NCBI GenBank assembly: GCA_038874075.1 | Contig: JAVZDD010000006.1 | Location: 1,790 to 33,789, forward strand | Origin: Candidatus Nanoarchaeia archaeon | Lineage (GTDB): Archaea; Nanobdellota; Nanobdellia; Jingweiarchaeales; Jingweiarchaeaceae | Reading direction: 5' to 3' | Length of the DNA: 32,000 bases | Part shown: piece after piece, positions 9,360 to 18,524 of the stretch | How the letters are laid out: the number at the start of each line of letters is the position of its first letter | Numbering within the stretch: position 1 is the stretch's first letter | The notes under the pieces: generated by a model | The model's database searches: none | What the model was told of the DNA's origin: nothing | Seen by the model: only the letters and a program-made list of their open reading frames with translations | Made by a program: the position numbers and the translations under genes

Positions 9360-9899
9360 TTATCTTCCAATTAACTTAAATAAATCCGATTTAGTGACAA
9401 TTCCTTTAATTTTGTTACCATCTGAGATCAAAACTGCACCATAATTTTCTAGAAGTGGTTTTATGGAATCGATCTTTGTCTTCTCATTGATTATCGGCAA
9501 TGGTGGTTCCATCACACTAAGGACCTTTTCTTTTTCAATGCCTCTCCTGATATGTTTGACTATTGAGCTTTCTGTTATGACCCCAACCACTTTACCTTTC
9601 TGAACTACAGGTAACTGTGAAATACCATAATTTTGCATCAACCTGCATGCTTCAGAAACCTGTCTTGTAGATTGAATTGTGATCACATTCTTTGTCATCA
9701 CTTCTTCACATGTAATATCATTCTTACTTTTTAATACATCAATTATTTTGTTTATGGTTGATAACCTGGGATCGACTTTGTTATGTTCAATTTTTGCAAT
9801 GTGTGCTTGACTAACACCAACCAATCTGGCTAATTCTGTTTGTGTAAGGTGCGCCTTTTCTCTCAATCGCTTGATCTCTTCCCCATCAATTATAACCAT
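9360..9899 (-). CDS. HTH (XRE-type) transcriptional regulator with two CBS domains
   Basis: EIKRLREKAHLTQTELARLVGVSQAHIAKIEHNKVDPRLSTINKI is a classic HTH_3, followed by two CBS repeats (VMTKNVITIQSTRQVSEACRLM..., VISDGNKIKGIVTKSDLF). Confidence 0.9.
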   Translation of the reverse strand: MVIIDGEEIKRLREKAHLTQTELARLVGVSQAHIAKIEHNKVDPRLSTINKIIDVLKSKNDITCEEVMTKNVITIQSTRQVSEACRLMQNYGISQLPVVQKGKVVGVITESSIVKHIRRGIEKEKVLSVMEPPLPIINEKTKIDSIKPLLENYGAVLISDGNKIKGIVTKSDLFKLIGR

Positions 9900-9908
9900 C
9901 AGTTATAA
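9883..9908 (-). repeat. Tandem 13-bp repeat TTATAAyTGATGG x2 spanning the start codon of the HTH-CBS gene
   Basis: Minus strand reads TTATAACTGATGG TTATAATTGATGG (12/13 identical, directly adjacent). Confidence 0.6.
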
Positions 9909-9972
9909 TTATTAATCAAAAGTATATAAAGATTTTTAATGAATTTTTTTCTCCAAGAACTAAGTGGTAAAA

Positions 9973-11181
9973 ATGAGAAATATCGTAATTGATGAGTTAA
10001 AAAGAACACCGATTGATGAACAAAGGATAGAAATTGTCGAGAGGAAGGGAATTGGGCATCCAGACACGATCTGCGACGGTATAATGAATGAAGTTTCAAT
10101 TGCACTATCAAAAGAGTACATAAAAAGATTTGGAGCAGTAATGCATCATAACATTGATAAATCACTTTTAGTCGCCGGAGAAGTTGAAAGGAGATTTGGT
10201 GGTGGTATCGTAAAAGTACCTATGTTATTAGTGTTTGGTGACAGAGCTACCTATGAAGTTGGCAATGTTTCAGTACCTGTGAAAGAAATTGCAATAGAGA
10301 CAGCAAAAAAATGGATTCGCGAGAATCTTAGATTTGTTGATCCTGAAAAACATATGAAGTATCAAGTTGAATTGAAGAGAGGTTCAGCTGAATTAACCGA
10401 CATATTTAAGCGAAAGGGTAAAATATTGGGCGCCAACGATACTTCTGCAGCCGTTGGATATGCACCGATGACAAAAACAGAACGGATAGTACTAGAAACA
10501 GAGAGGTACTTAAATTCTAAAAAATTTAAGAAGGAGTTTCCAATGTCTGGTGAGGATATAAAAGTGATGGGGTACAGGAAGAATAGTGATTTGAACATGA
10601 CGATTTGCATGGCATTCGTTGATAAGTTCATCGATAGCGAAGAAACATATTTCAAAAAGAAAAAGGAAATATTGGAAGTAATCAATGCGTTTGTAAAAGA
10701 GAAGACAGATTTCAAGAGAATTTCTATTTCATTGAACACACTTGACAAGAAAGGGAGAGGAATGGGTGGTATGTATTTAACAGTACTAGGTACGAGCGCT
10801 GATGATGCTGATTGTGGTCAGGTTGGCCGTGGCAATCGAGTAAATGGGATCATACCGTTAAATAGACCAGTAAGTTCAGAAGCAGCAGCAGGTAAGAATC
10901 CTGTGAGCCATGTTGGTAAGGTCTACAATGTGCTTACATACAAGATGGCAGACAGGATATACAAAGAAGTTCCAGGTATAAGAGAGGTTTATGTTTGGTT
11001 ACTTAGCCAGATTGGAAAACCAATCGATCAACCAACAATCGCAGCAACACAGATAGTGATGAAGAAGAACAAAACAATTGATGGTATCTCCAAACAGGTA
11101 AAGAAAATAATTGATGACGAACTAGCGCATATTAATGATTTTTGCAATGAATTGATAAATGGAAGAATAAGTATTTTTTAA
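9973..11181 (+). CDS. mat: Archaeal-type S-adenosylmethionine synthetase
   Basis: [94 protein letters not shown] at 9973 preferred over GTG at 9964. Confidence 0.95.
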   Translation: MRNIVIDELKRTPIDEQRIEIVERKGIGHPDTICDGIMNEVSIALSKEYIKRFGAVMHHNIDKSLLVAGEVERRFGGGIVKVPMLLVFGDRATYEVGNVSVPVKEIAIETAKKWIRENLRFVDPEKHMKYQVELKRGSAELTDIFKRKGKILGANDTSAAVGYAPMTKTERIVLETERYLNSKKFKKEFPMSGEDIKVMGYRKNSDLNMTICMAFVDKFIDSEETYFKKKKEILEVINAFVKEKTDFKRISISLNTLDKKGRGMGGMYLTVLGTSADDADCGQVGRGNRVNGIIPLNRPVSSEAAAGKNPVSHVGKVYNVLTYKMADRIYKEVPGIREVYVWLLSQIGKPIDQPTIAATQIVMKKNKTIDGISKQVKKIIDDELAHINDFCNELINGRISIF

Positions 11182-12138
11182 ATAAATTTTTATTATTTCT
11201 ATTATCTGAATTTCTCCTCCTCCTGGTGTGCCTGGCGGTGGAGTAACTGAAGTCGTTATTTTTGCTGCTAAACCAGAAAGTGCTCCCATCAACAAACCAA
11301 TTACTGCAAATATAAATCCAATTATCATGCCCATGTTTTCACCCAATACCAAATAGTCTAGCATTAACATCAATCCAGCTGTAAAAAATGCAATGCCCCA
11401 TCCTGCTTGTACTGAGAATAGTACAAGAAAAGCTAGGAACAAAGACCTTGCAATGATGATCACCCATCCCCATGGCATGTCCATAATTATTGTCTTCAAC
11501 ATTTCGGCTGGCATCGTTGCGATTGTTTCTAATGTTTCAACCACAGGATCTAACGATTCTAAGTGTATCATATTTAGTATTTTTATAAAAAGCCTAGCAA
11601 AGAAGTGGATTACTCTTGGTAGTGAAATCAACACGCTCACGATTAACCAACAGAACATGAGAAGTGTGTAAAACCATGCTGGGAATGGGATGATGAATGC
11701 GAGTTCCCAATCAAATATTTTTATAAAGTAGCCAATGGGCGGCGCACAATTCCCACCCAAATCGCAACCTGCAACGCCAAACAAACCAATTTTTAATCCA
11801 AACCCAAAGTTAGATATTGCATTTCTAAAAAGTTCGACTACCATCTTAATCGGTGGGCCTATTATTGGTAATATTTCGATAAACCATAACATGTCTATTC
11901 CAAGTTGTAAAAGGAGCATGTATAAACACAGAATGATACCAGGTACTCCCATCACATCAAGTGAAACAAGAAGGAATGGCCATTTGAATATGTTGAAGTC
12001 GATGTTAAACATTGAAAAGAGCATTGTGAATAATGCGCTCATCGGCGCCCAAAAAACACCAAGAAATAAGATGATTCCTATGATGAATTGTAATAAGAGA
12101 CGCCAAAATGAAAATTCTTCGCCTTCTTCTTCAGGCAT
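11122..12138 (-). CDS. Multi-pass membrane protein of unknown function (338 aa), 3' end antisense-overlapping mat by 60 bp
   Basis: Several long hydrophobic segments, acidic N-terminus MPEEEGEEF, segment GCDLGGNCAPPIGYF; no recognisable family. Confidence 0.75.
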   Translation of the reverse strand: MPEEEGEEFSFWRLLLQFIIGIILFLGVFWAPMSALFTMLFSMFNIDFNIFKWPFLLVSLDVMGVPGIILCLYMLLLQLGIDMLWFIEILPIIGPPIKMVVELFRNAISNFGFGLKIGLFGVAGCDLGGNCAPPIGYFIKIFDWELAFIIPFPAWFYTLLMFCWLIVSVLISLPRVIHFFARLFIKILNMIHLESLDPVVETLETIATMPAEMLKTIIMDMPWGWVIIIARSLFLAFLVLFSVQAGWGIAFFTAGLMLMLDYLVLGENMGMIIGFIFAVIGLLMGALSGLAAKITTSVTPPPGTPGGGEIQIIEIIKIYLKNTYSSIYQFIAKIINMR

Positions 12139-12217
12139 AATAATTATTTAAAAGGTAACAAAAATAAACTTTACTAAAAACATCAAAGATAAAAAAAAGT
12201 ACTGTTTATTTATTAAA

Positions 12218-12916
12218 ATGTTCAACATTGCGTGCACTGCAGACATACATGCTCCCACTTATTTTGAGGATTTTAAAAATGCACTTGCAGACCTAGAAAA
12301 AATCGATCTCTTCCTACTCGCTGGCGATATAATATTCAAAGGTAATTTTAATGAAATAGATAAAGTAATTGATGAAATTAGAAAAAAATTCAATGGTATG
12401 ATTATTGCTTGTTTTGGAAATGAAGAATATGAAGAAATTAGGGAAAAATTGATGGAGAGAGATATTATTTGGCTCGATGATGATTACAAAATTATCAAAT
12501 TAGATGGGATGAAAGTTGGGATAATAGGTACTACTGGTTGCTTGGATGTGCCCACAAAATGGCAATCGAAACACATTCCAAACATCAAGGATATATATGA
12601 GGAAAGGATAAAAAAGATAGATCAATTGATTTCAGAATTAGATGTTGATCTTTTAATAATATTAAGTCACTATTCACCAACGTATAAGACAATTTTCGGT
12701 GAAGAAAAATTCAAGTATAAATGGCTCGCATGCAGGAAGTTTGAAAAAGTGATCATTGAGAGAAAACCAAACTTTTGGATACATGGGCATGCACATAATT
12801 CAAAAATCACAGAAACAAAGATAAATACAACAATCGTATTAAATGTGTCCCTTCCAGCAATAAAAAATATTAAGACGATAAAAATTGATGAAGGATTAAG
12901 AAAATTTTTGGTGTGA
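12218..12916 (+). CDS. Calcineurin-like metallophosphoesterase
   Basis: CTADIHAPTYF, LLAGDIIFKGN, FGNEE, LSHYSP, HGHAHNS follow the phosphoesterase motif order. Confidence 0.85.
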   Translation: MFNIACTADIHAPTYFEDFKNALADLEKIDLFLLAGDIIFKGNFNEIDKVIDEIRKKFNGMIIACFGNEEYEEIREKLMERDIIWLDDDYKIIKLDGMKVGIIGTTGCLDVPTKWQSKHIPNIKDIYEERIKKIDQLISELDVDLLIILSHYSPTYKTIFGEEKFKYKWLACRKFEKVIIERKPNFWIHGHAHNSKITETKINTTIVLNVSLPAIKNIKTIKIDEGLRKFLV

Positions 12917-12918
12917 AA

Positions 12919-14013
12919 ATGGAAGAAATAGAGAAATACAAACTCAAGAATTTGATTAAAGAATTAGAAAAAATAAAAGGAAGACACACAGAACTCATCA
13001 CTGTTTATGTGCCTGCTGGTGGTGATTTGAATAGTGTTAGGAATCAATTGATACAGGAGCAGAGTACGGCCGAGAACATAAAACTCAAGACAACAAGAAA
13101 GAATGTGCTCGCTGCACTGGAAAAAATAATTCAAGAATTAAAATTATATAAGAAAACACCTGAAAATGGTCTTGTCATTTTTTGTGGGAATACAAGTAAA
13201 GAGGAGGGATTACAGGATGTAAAACTGTGGATACTTGAACCACCAGAACCGATTTCAATCCGATTGTATAGGTGTGACCAAGAATTTATACTTGAACCAT
13301 TAAAAAAAATGCTTGAAGCAAAATATGTGTATGGATTGATCGTAATTGATAATTCACAAGCTGCAATTGGCTTCTTGAAGGGGAAAACAATTGTGTGCGA
13401 AAAGGAGATGGATTCTATTGTTCCTGGAAAATTCAGAAAAGGTGGGCAAAGTGCAAAGCGCTTTGAGAAGGTGAGAGAGAACCTCGCGAAAGATTGGTAC
13501 AAAAAGGTTGCAGATGAGGCAAAGAACGCATTTTCAAAGGAAAATATAAAAGGTATTTTAATAGGTGGTCCTGGTCCTGTAAAGGAAACATTCGTGAATG
13601 GAGATTTTTTACCTGGAGAATTGAAGAGTAAAGTTATAGGTGTAAAAGACATCGGGTATAGTGATGAAAGTGGATTATATGAGCTTGTTAATCGAAGCAC
13701 TGATTTACTTGAAAAGGAAGAGATAATTGAAGAGAAAAAAGTATTAAATGACTTCCTAACTAAAATTGCCAGTAATAGTGATATGGTAGCGTATGGTGAG
13801 GAAGAAGTGAGAAAGATGATTATGATGGGTGCAGTTGATTTGCTACTAATATCGGAAGAAGTTGGCAAGGAGAAGATAGAGGAATTTTTAAAAATTGCAA
13901 AAGACTATGGGAGTAATGTTTTTATTGCATCAAGTGAAACAGCTGAAGGAGTGCAATTAAAAGAATTGGGTGGCTTCGGCGCAATATTGAGGTTCAAAAC
14001 AAATGTCAGTTAG
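12919..14013 (+). CDS. prf1: Peptide chain release factor aRF1 (with NIKL in place of NIKS)
   Basis: TAENIKLKTTRKNVLAALEKIIQELK, YRCDQEF (YxCxxxF), VPGKFRKGGQSAKRF (GGQ). ATG at 12919; the ORF track starts at an in-frame GTG at 12913. Confidence 0.95.
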   Translation: MEEIEKYKLKNLIKELEKIKGRHTELITVYVPAGGDLNSVRNQLIQEQSTAENIKLKTTRKNVLAALEKIIQELKLYKKTPENGLVIFCGNTSKEEGLQDVKLWILEPPEPISIRLYRCDQEFILEPLKKMLEAKYVYGLIVIDNSQAAIGFLKGKTIVCEKEMDSIVPGKFRKGGQSAKRFEKVRENLAKDWYKKVADEAKNAFSKENIKGILIGGPGPVKETFVNGDFLPGELKSKVIGVKDIGYSDESGLYELVNRSTDLLEKEEIIEEKKVLNDFLTKIASNSDMVAYGEEEVRKMIMMGAVDLLLISEEVGKEKIEEFLKIAKDYGSNVFIASSETAEGVQLKELGGFGAILRFKTNVS

Positions 14014-14021
14014 GTGAGAGG

Positions 14022-14414
14022 ATGGAGAAAAAAGTTGAGGATGTTGGTTCATTGAAAGAAGGTAGATTTGCCATTTTGGAGGACGAACCATGTACAATTG
14101 TGGACATAAAAACAAGTAAAACAGGAAAACATGGACATGCAAAATCTAGGATAGAAGGAATCGGATTAATTACTGGAAAAAAACATGTTATAATTTTACC
14201 TACACATGACAAAATAGAAGTGCCAATTGTGGAAAAAAGGGATGCACAGGTATTGATGTTGAGGGAGAATGTTGCGCAAGTGATGGACATGAAGACTTTC
14301 GAAACAATTGAATTACAAGTACCAGAAGAGTTAAAATCAAGGATTAGGGAAGGATCACAGGTTGTTTATTGGGAAGTGATGGGACATAAATTGCTAAAAG
14401 AAGTTAGGGGTTAA
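14022..14414 (+). CDS. Translation initiation factor aIF5A
   Basis: DIKTSKTGKHGHAKSRIEGIGLITGKK carries the hypusination-site loop. GGTGAG Shine-Dalgarno upstream. Confidence 0.95.
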   Translation: MEKKVEDVGSLKEGRFAILEDEPCTIVDIKTSKTGKHGHAKSRIEGIGLITGKKHVIILPTHDKIEVPIVEKRDAQVLMLRENVAQVMDMKTFETIELQVPEELKSRIREGSQVVYWEVMGHKLLKEVRG

Positions 14415-15288
14415 ATCTAGTATTCACAAGTGATTCTATTTCTTTTCTTTTAATCTTGAGTAATGAATCAGCACCAAAATTCTGGATTTTTCTTGAAGCA
14501 ACCGCCATACCATATACAAGTGACCTGAGCGGATCTTTTGTTCTAATGAATATAGGTAAAAAACCACCTGATGTGCAATCCCCAGCACCTGTTGGGTCTT
14601 GTATTTTTGTTTTAAATGCATCAACTTTTTTTATTTTATTATCATAGCAGATACATGCACCTTCCCCTTCTTGTTTAACACAAACAATTTTTAAATGAAA
14701 ATTTTCTTTTAAAAATGCAGAAGATTTAATTGGGTCTTTTATTTCTGTGAGAAGAAATGCTTCTTCCTTGTTCGGCCAAAGGATATCGATATCCTCAATC
14801 AAATCGAGCACTTCTCTCTTATGTTTTTTTATATAACCAGTATATGTGTCAAGGGAAGTAATTATGCCTCTCCTCATTGCCTCTTCTTTAAATCTCTCCT
14901 GTTGTTTAGGTGGCATTGTAGCGATGTGTATAATCGCTGTTTCATCCCAAACCTTTTCTGGAATCAGTTCGGGGTTAATTTCTTCACCAGCGCCATGCAC
15001 TGTTTTTCCTTCATCATAACTTGCATGCCAAGTCTCATCATACTCTATTGTGAAACTTGTGGTAGATTTTTCTGAAATCACAATTTTACCATCTATCCTC
15101 TGTAAAACATGTTTGTATCCATCAGGAAAATCTTTCCCTATTGCAGTCAGGATTTTTATCTTATCAGTAAAAATTCTTGAAGAAAGACTGGAATAAAGTG
15201 CTGCACCGCCAAGCACATTTTTCTTTTCCATATAAGGAGTAATGATATTGTCAACACTTGTATGCCCAACAATCAAAATATTTTTCAT
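14404..15288 (-). CDS. PfkB-family carbohydrate/nucleoside kinase
   Basis: N-terminal VLGGAALYSSLSSR and C-terminal DPTGAGDCTSGGFL (PfkB signature with catalytic Asp). Confidence 0.88.
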   Translation of the reverse strand: MKNILIVGHTSVDNIITPYMEKKNVLGGAALYSSLSSRIFTDKIKILTAIGKDFPDGYKHVLQRIDGKIVISEKSTTSFTIEYDETWHASYDEGKTVHGAGEEINPELIPEKVWDETAIIHIATMPPKQQERFKEEAMRRGIITSLDTYTGYIKKHKREVLDLIEDIDILWPNKEEAFLLTEIKDPIKSSAFLKENFHLKIVCVKQEGEGACICYDNKIKKVDAFKTKIQDPTGAGDCTSGGFLPIFIRTKDPLRSLVYGMAVASRKIQNFGADSLLKIKRKEIESLVNTRFNP

Positions 15289-15343
15289 AATTTTTTTTCA
15301 AATAACATAAATTTAAATTTAATTGTAATAAAAAATATAAAAT

Positions 15344-15940
15344 TCAATCTAAATATTCAAAAACAATCGAGATACGTTGAAATACTGAGACAATCGATAA
15401 AAATGCTGTTAATGCGATCAAGTAACAAGCATATTCAAGACTAAAGTTTGAAAGTAAAATAATTAAAAAAATTAATATCAACCGCTCTGCTCTTTCTAAT
15501 ATCCCTCCCTTAATCTCTTTTTTAACAATCTTCTTCTCAAATGCAGATGCTTTTACATATGTTGTCATCATGCTCCCAAAGAGTAAAGTAATCAACCAAA
15601 CTTTCGAATCAAGTATGAATTTGGGATAATCAACAAAAAACAATCCAAGAATGACTATGAATTCAACAAACCTATCTATAATTGTGTCAATGTATGCCCC
15701 TTTTTTTGTTACCATCTTCCTATAACGAGCGACTGCGCCATCAATTACATCGATGAATGATGCAATGGAAAAGAAAATGAGTGCAATCAAAAAGCTTTTC
15801 TTTAACAAAAAATAAAATGTCAGTAAAATAAATAACAAGGATAGAGATGACCACATATTTGGAGTTAAACCAAACATACTAAAAAACTTAGCAATGTTTA
15901 CTTCCAATCTTTTAAAGATCTCTCTTCTTTTGTACAACAT
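15344..15940 (-). CDS. CDP-alcohol phosphatidyltransferase family protein
   Basis: Motif DVIDGAVARYRKMVTKKGAYIDTIIDR matches D(x)2DG(x)2AR(x)8G(x)3D(x)3D. Confidence 0.9.
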   Translation of the reverse strand: MLYKRREIFKRLEVNIAKFFSMFGLTPNMWSSLSLLFILLTFYFLLKKSFLIALIFFSIASFIDVIDGAVARYRKMVTKKGAYIDTIIDRFVEFIVILGLFFVDYPKFILDSKVWLITLLFGSMMTTYVKASAFEKKIVKKEIKGGILERAERLILIFLIILLSNFSLEYACYLIALTAFLSIVSVFQRISIVFEYLD

Positions 15941-16596
15941 CCAAAAAACCTCGCCAATTTTTTTCCAGATAGTAAAACTAGACTTTTAATACCATTGTAT
16001 TTCCCAAAAATTTCAACTTTTCCTTTCAATATCATAGAAATTGGGTCACCATCACAAATTATGCCTGCATTCCCAACATCAGTTACGTGGTGCGCATCGC
16101 TTCCAGCTACTTTTGGTTTTTTAAATTTATTTGCTAATTCCAGCGCTTTTGGATTACTGTCTCCTCTGCAACTTGCATTGAAAACCTCAACTGCATCTGC
16201 TTTTATTGCTTTGTCACCAACACATTTTCTAAACAAGTGCTTGGCAAATGGATGGACAGCAATTGCAATTCCTCCAAGTGCATGGATTTTTTCAATCGTT
16301 TCTTCAAGACTCAAATCGTCCCTCACATCTTCCTTAATATCCAACCCTATCACTTCTCCATCTTTAGTACATATTTCAATCCCTGTAATCAACAAAAATC
16401 TTTTACCTATCCTCTTAATATAGTCCCTAGCAACCAAACTTCCTTTAACTGTTTGATGGTCTGTAATTGCCAATCCATCTAAACCTTTTTTCATCGCTGC
16501 TTTAACCATCTCTTTTGGTGTATTAAACGCATCCCTCCCCCAAAGTTTGTTCTTGCTATATATTGTGTGACAGTGCAAATCTATCTTCATTACCAT
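15898..16596 (-). CDS. PHP-domain metal-dependent phosphoesterase
   Basis: KIDLHCHTIYS, GLAITDHQTVKG, GIEICT, IAVHPFAK, AGSDAHH. Confidence 0.88.
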   Translation of the reverse strand: MVMKIDLHCHTIYSKNKLWGRDAFNTPKEMVKAAMKKGLDGLAITDHQTVKGSLVARDYIKRIGKRFLLITGIEICTKDGEVIGLDIKEDVRDDLSLEETIEKIHALGGIAIAVHPFAKHLFRKCVGDKAIKADAVEVFNASCRGDSNPKALELANKFKKPKVAGSDAHHVTDVGNAGIICDGDPISMILKGKVEIFGKYNGIKSLVLLSGKKLARFFGCCTKEERSLKDWK

Positions 16597-17129
16597 GGCA
16601 CCTTTTTTATTTTCAATGTATAGGCAAAAACATTCGCAATCTTATGAAATATTGGAGTGATGACGATCATTATTATGACCATGGTTATATTTAATTCAAT
16701 GAATGGAAATATGAATAAGATAGTGCCGAAAACAAAGTTTAATTGATCTAAAAGAGGTACACTTGCGCCTGGTTTTATCCCAAACCGACGTTTAATAAAA
16801 CTTCCAACCAAATCACCAAACATTGCACCAAAAGCAATCAAAAATGCAGTGAAAAGGTTCATTTTTGGTAGAGAAAAACCAAGTGAACTTAATGTGTATT
16901 CATTTATTGGACTCCAAAGGAGAGATTCTATAAAACCCGTGATCATTCCACATATTACACCAGTCACAAAGCCTTCTATTGTTTTGTTGTCCCCAAATAT
17001 CCTTTGACCAAGGAAGAACTTTCCGAAGTCGATCGGTCTTTTCCCTTTTGCTAATGGAGGGGTGGCATTTGCCACATATGCAGGAATCAATATCCAAAAT
17101 GCTTTAATTAAATCAGGGATAATATTCAT
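16590..17129 (-). CDS. carS: CDP-archaeol synthase
   Basis: YVANATPPL, RPIDFGKFFLGQRIFGDNKTIEGFVTG, FGAMFGDLVGSFIKRRFGIKPGASVPLLDQLNFVFG. Confidence 0.92.
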   Translation of the reverse strand: MNIIPDLIKAFWILIPAYVANATPPLAKGKRPIDFGKFFLGQRIFGDNKTIEGFVTGVICGMITGFIESLLWSPINEYTLSSLGFSLPKMNLFTAFLIAFGAMFGDLVGSFIKRRFGIKPGASVPLLDQLNFVFGTILFIFPFIELNITMVIIMIVITPIFHKIANVFAYTLKIKKVPW

Positions 17130-17133
17130 CTTT

Positions 17134-17463
17134 TCACTTCGGATAAAATCTAATTCTTATTGCGCCAAGCGTTTGCTCCTCATCTAAAAATCTCAATTTC
17201 TTCACGCATATTGCTTGTTTGTTTATCAAAACTTCATAATGATCGTCCTTTTTCTTAACTATTGCGTCTCTATTCAAATTCCTGTTTCTAATTTCTTCCT
17301 CTATTAATTCAATTATGCGTTCATCTTTTGTTTCAGCTATATAATGTTTTACGTCTTCTCCTGAAAAGTTAAAATTAACATCAAAAAACTTCTTAATACT
17401 AGATATAATTTTTTGTTCATTTTCTGTGGGATAAACATCAAATTCAATAATTATCCTCGGCAT
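17134..17463 (-). CDS. UPF0201-like small protein
   Basis: Small alpha/beta protein beginning PRIIIEFDVYPTENEQKI with pattern IIELIEEEIRNRNLNRDA and C-terminal GAIRIRFYPK; family assignment from recall. Confidence 0.55.
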   Translation of the reverse strand: MPRIIIEFDVYPTENEQKIISSIKKFFDVNFNFSGEDVKHYIAETKDERIIELIEEEIRNRNLNRDAIVKKKDDHYEVLINKQAICVKKLRFLDEEQTLGAIRIRFYPK

Positions 17464-18475
17464 TTTGGATCTGTTTTAATAAAATATTAGATTGTATTTT
17501 TGGTGATGGATTTAGCATGAAATCATGTAAAAGTAGTTCATTGTTTCCAGAAATAATATTTTTTCTTATTTTTCCAGTAAATAAAATTGATTTACCATAC
17601 AATTTATTAATTTTTGAATCAATTATGGAAAAATAATCTTCTATTTTATTTATTTGTTCATATAATTCTTCTATTTTTAAATCCAATAATTTTTCTGCTT
17701 TTTTTCCTATTAAAAAAGCATTTATTGTAGCAGTTCCATCGTCAATTATCATTTTGATAATTAAAACCTTTCTTGGATTTATTTCACCATCCTTGGCGCA
17801 GTATTTATTATTCATCTCATTGAGTCTACTGTTACATTTAGGACAAAAATATATAAGTGGATAGTTTTTTACTAGTCTGACAATTGAGCCAATTATTTTA
17901 TACTCTTTGTCCGGTTCTGTGTCTATCAAAAATGAAAATCTAGCGCTTACTTGTTTTGTAATAAATTTAGTTTCCTCATCGCTTGGATTTATCTCAATTT
18001 TACTTTTGGAATTAAGATGAATCTCCTTGAAACCAATTTTATTCTCTCTCGTTGTTCCTGAGATGACTTTGATTATATCTCCTTCCTTGATTTCCCCTTG
18101 CTCAATCAACTTGTTTCTATCATCCCAAATTACAACCCTTGCCTTACCTGTTTCATCACCTAACAAGAAACCTCCAACTTTACCTTTGATCTTTCCTTTT
18201 TCAAATTCTCTTGGTTTGTAAATCTTAAGAACCCTACCCATCACAACAACATCTTTAAGGCCAGGAACCAAACTCTGTATCAAAACCCTTGTCTTGATCT
18301 TTCCTTTATTTAATTTTATATTAAGTTCATTTGCGATGATTAGGGCAGCACCTTTTTCTGAAATCAAACCTGAAAGCTCTTTTACCTTGTCTTCAATCTT
18401 CTTTTTAATCTCAGATTCTAGTAATCCAGTTTTTTGTTTAATTATTTCTATTATCTCCTCAAGCGTCGGTTCCAT
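17444..18475 (-). CDS. Replication factor A-like OB-fold single-stranded DNA-binding protein with zinc-ribbon-like segment
   Basis: OB-fold pattern VVVMGRVLKIYKPREFEKGKIKGKVGGFLLGDETGKARVVIWDD...IKEGDIIKVISG, second OB region, and CPKCNSRLNEMNNKYCAKDG. Confidence 0.85.
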   Translation of the reverse strand: MEPTLEEIIEIIKQKTGLLESEIKKKIEDKVKELSGLISEKGAALIIANELNIKLNKGKIKTRVLIQSLVPGLKDVVVMGRVLKIYKPREFEKGKIKGKVGGFLLGDETGKARVVIWDDRNKLIEQGEIKEGDIIKVISGTTRENKIGFKEIHLNSKSKIEINPSDEETKFITKQVSARFSFLIDTEPDKEYKIIGSIVRLVKNYPLIYFCPKCNSRLNEMNNKYCAKDGEINPRKVLIIKMIIDDGTATINAFLIGKKAEKLLDLKIEELYEQINKIEDYFSIIDSKINKLYGKSILFTGKIRKNIISGNNELLLHDFMLNPSPKIQSNILLKQIQNAEDNY

Positions 18476-18524
18476 CTTAATTCAAATAGAAAATGTTTTA
18501 TATAATATTTACTATATTGAAAAA

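Noticed and set aside
9234-9360. Intron in the tRNA gene
   Set aside because: The anticodon loop is a canonical 7 nt (CTGATAA) with an intact stem; no insertion.
13131-13868. 245-aa minus-strand ORF
   Set aside because: Fully antisense to strongly supported aRF1; low-complexity Ser/Phe composition typical of reverse-frame ORFs in AT-rich coding DNA.
15995-16423. 142-aa plus-strand ORF
   Set aside because: Antisense to the PHP-domain gene, which has all expected motifs.
18294-18524. N-terminal 77 residues of the track's 259-aa ORF
   Set aside because: Antisense to the RPA-like gene. A good ATG and conserved-looking wHTH start at 18525.
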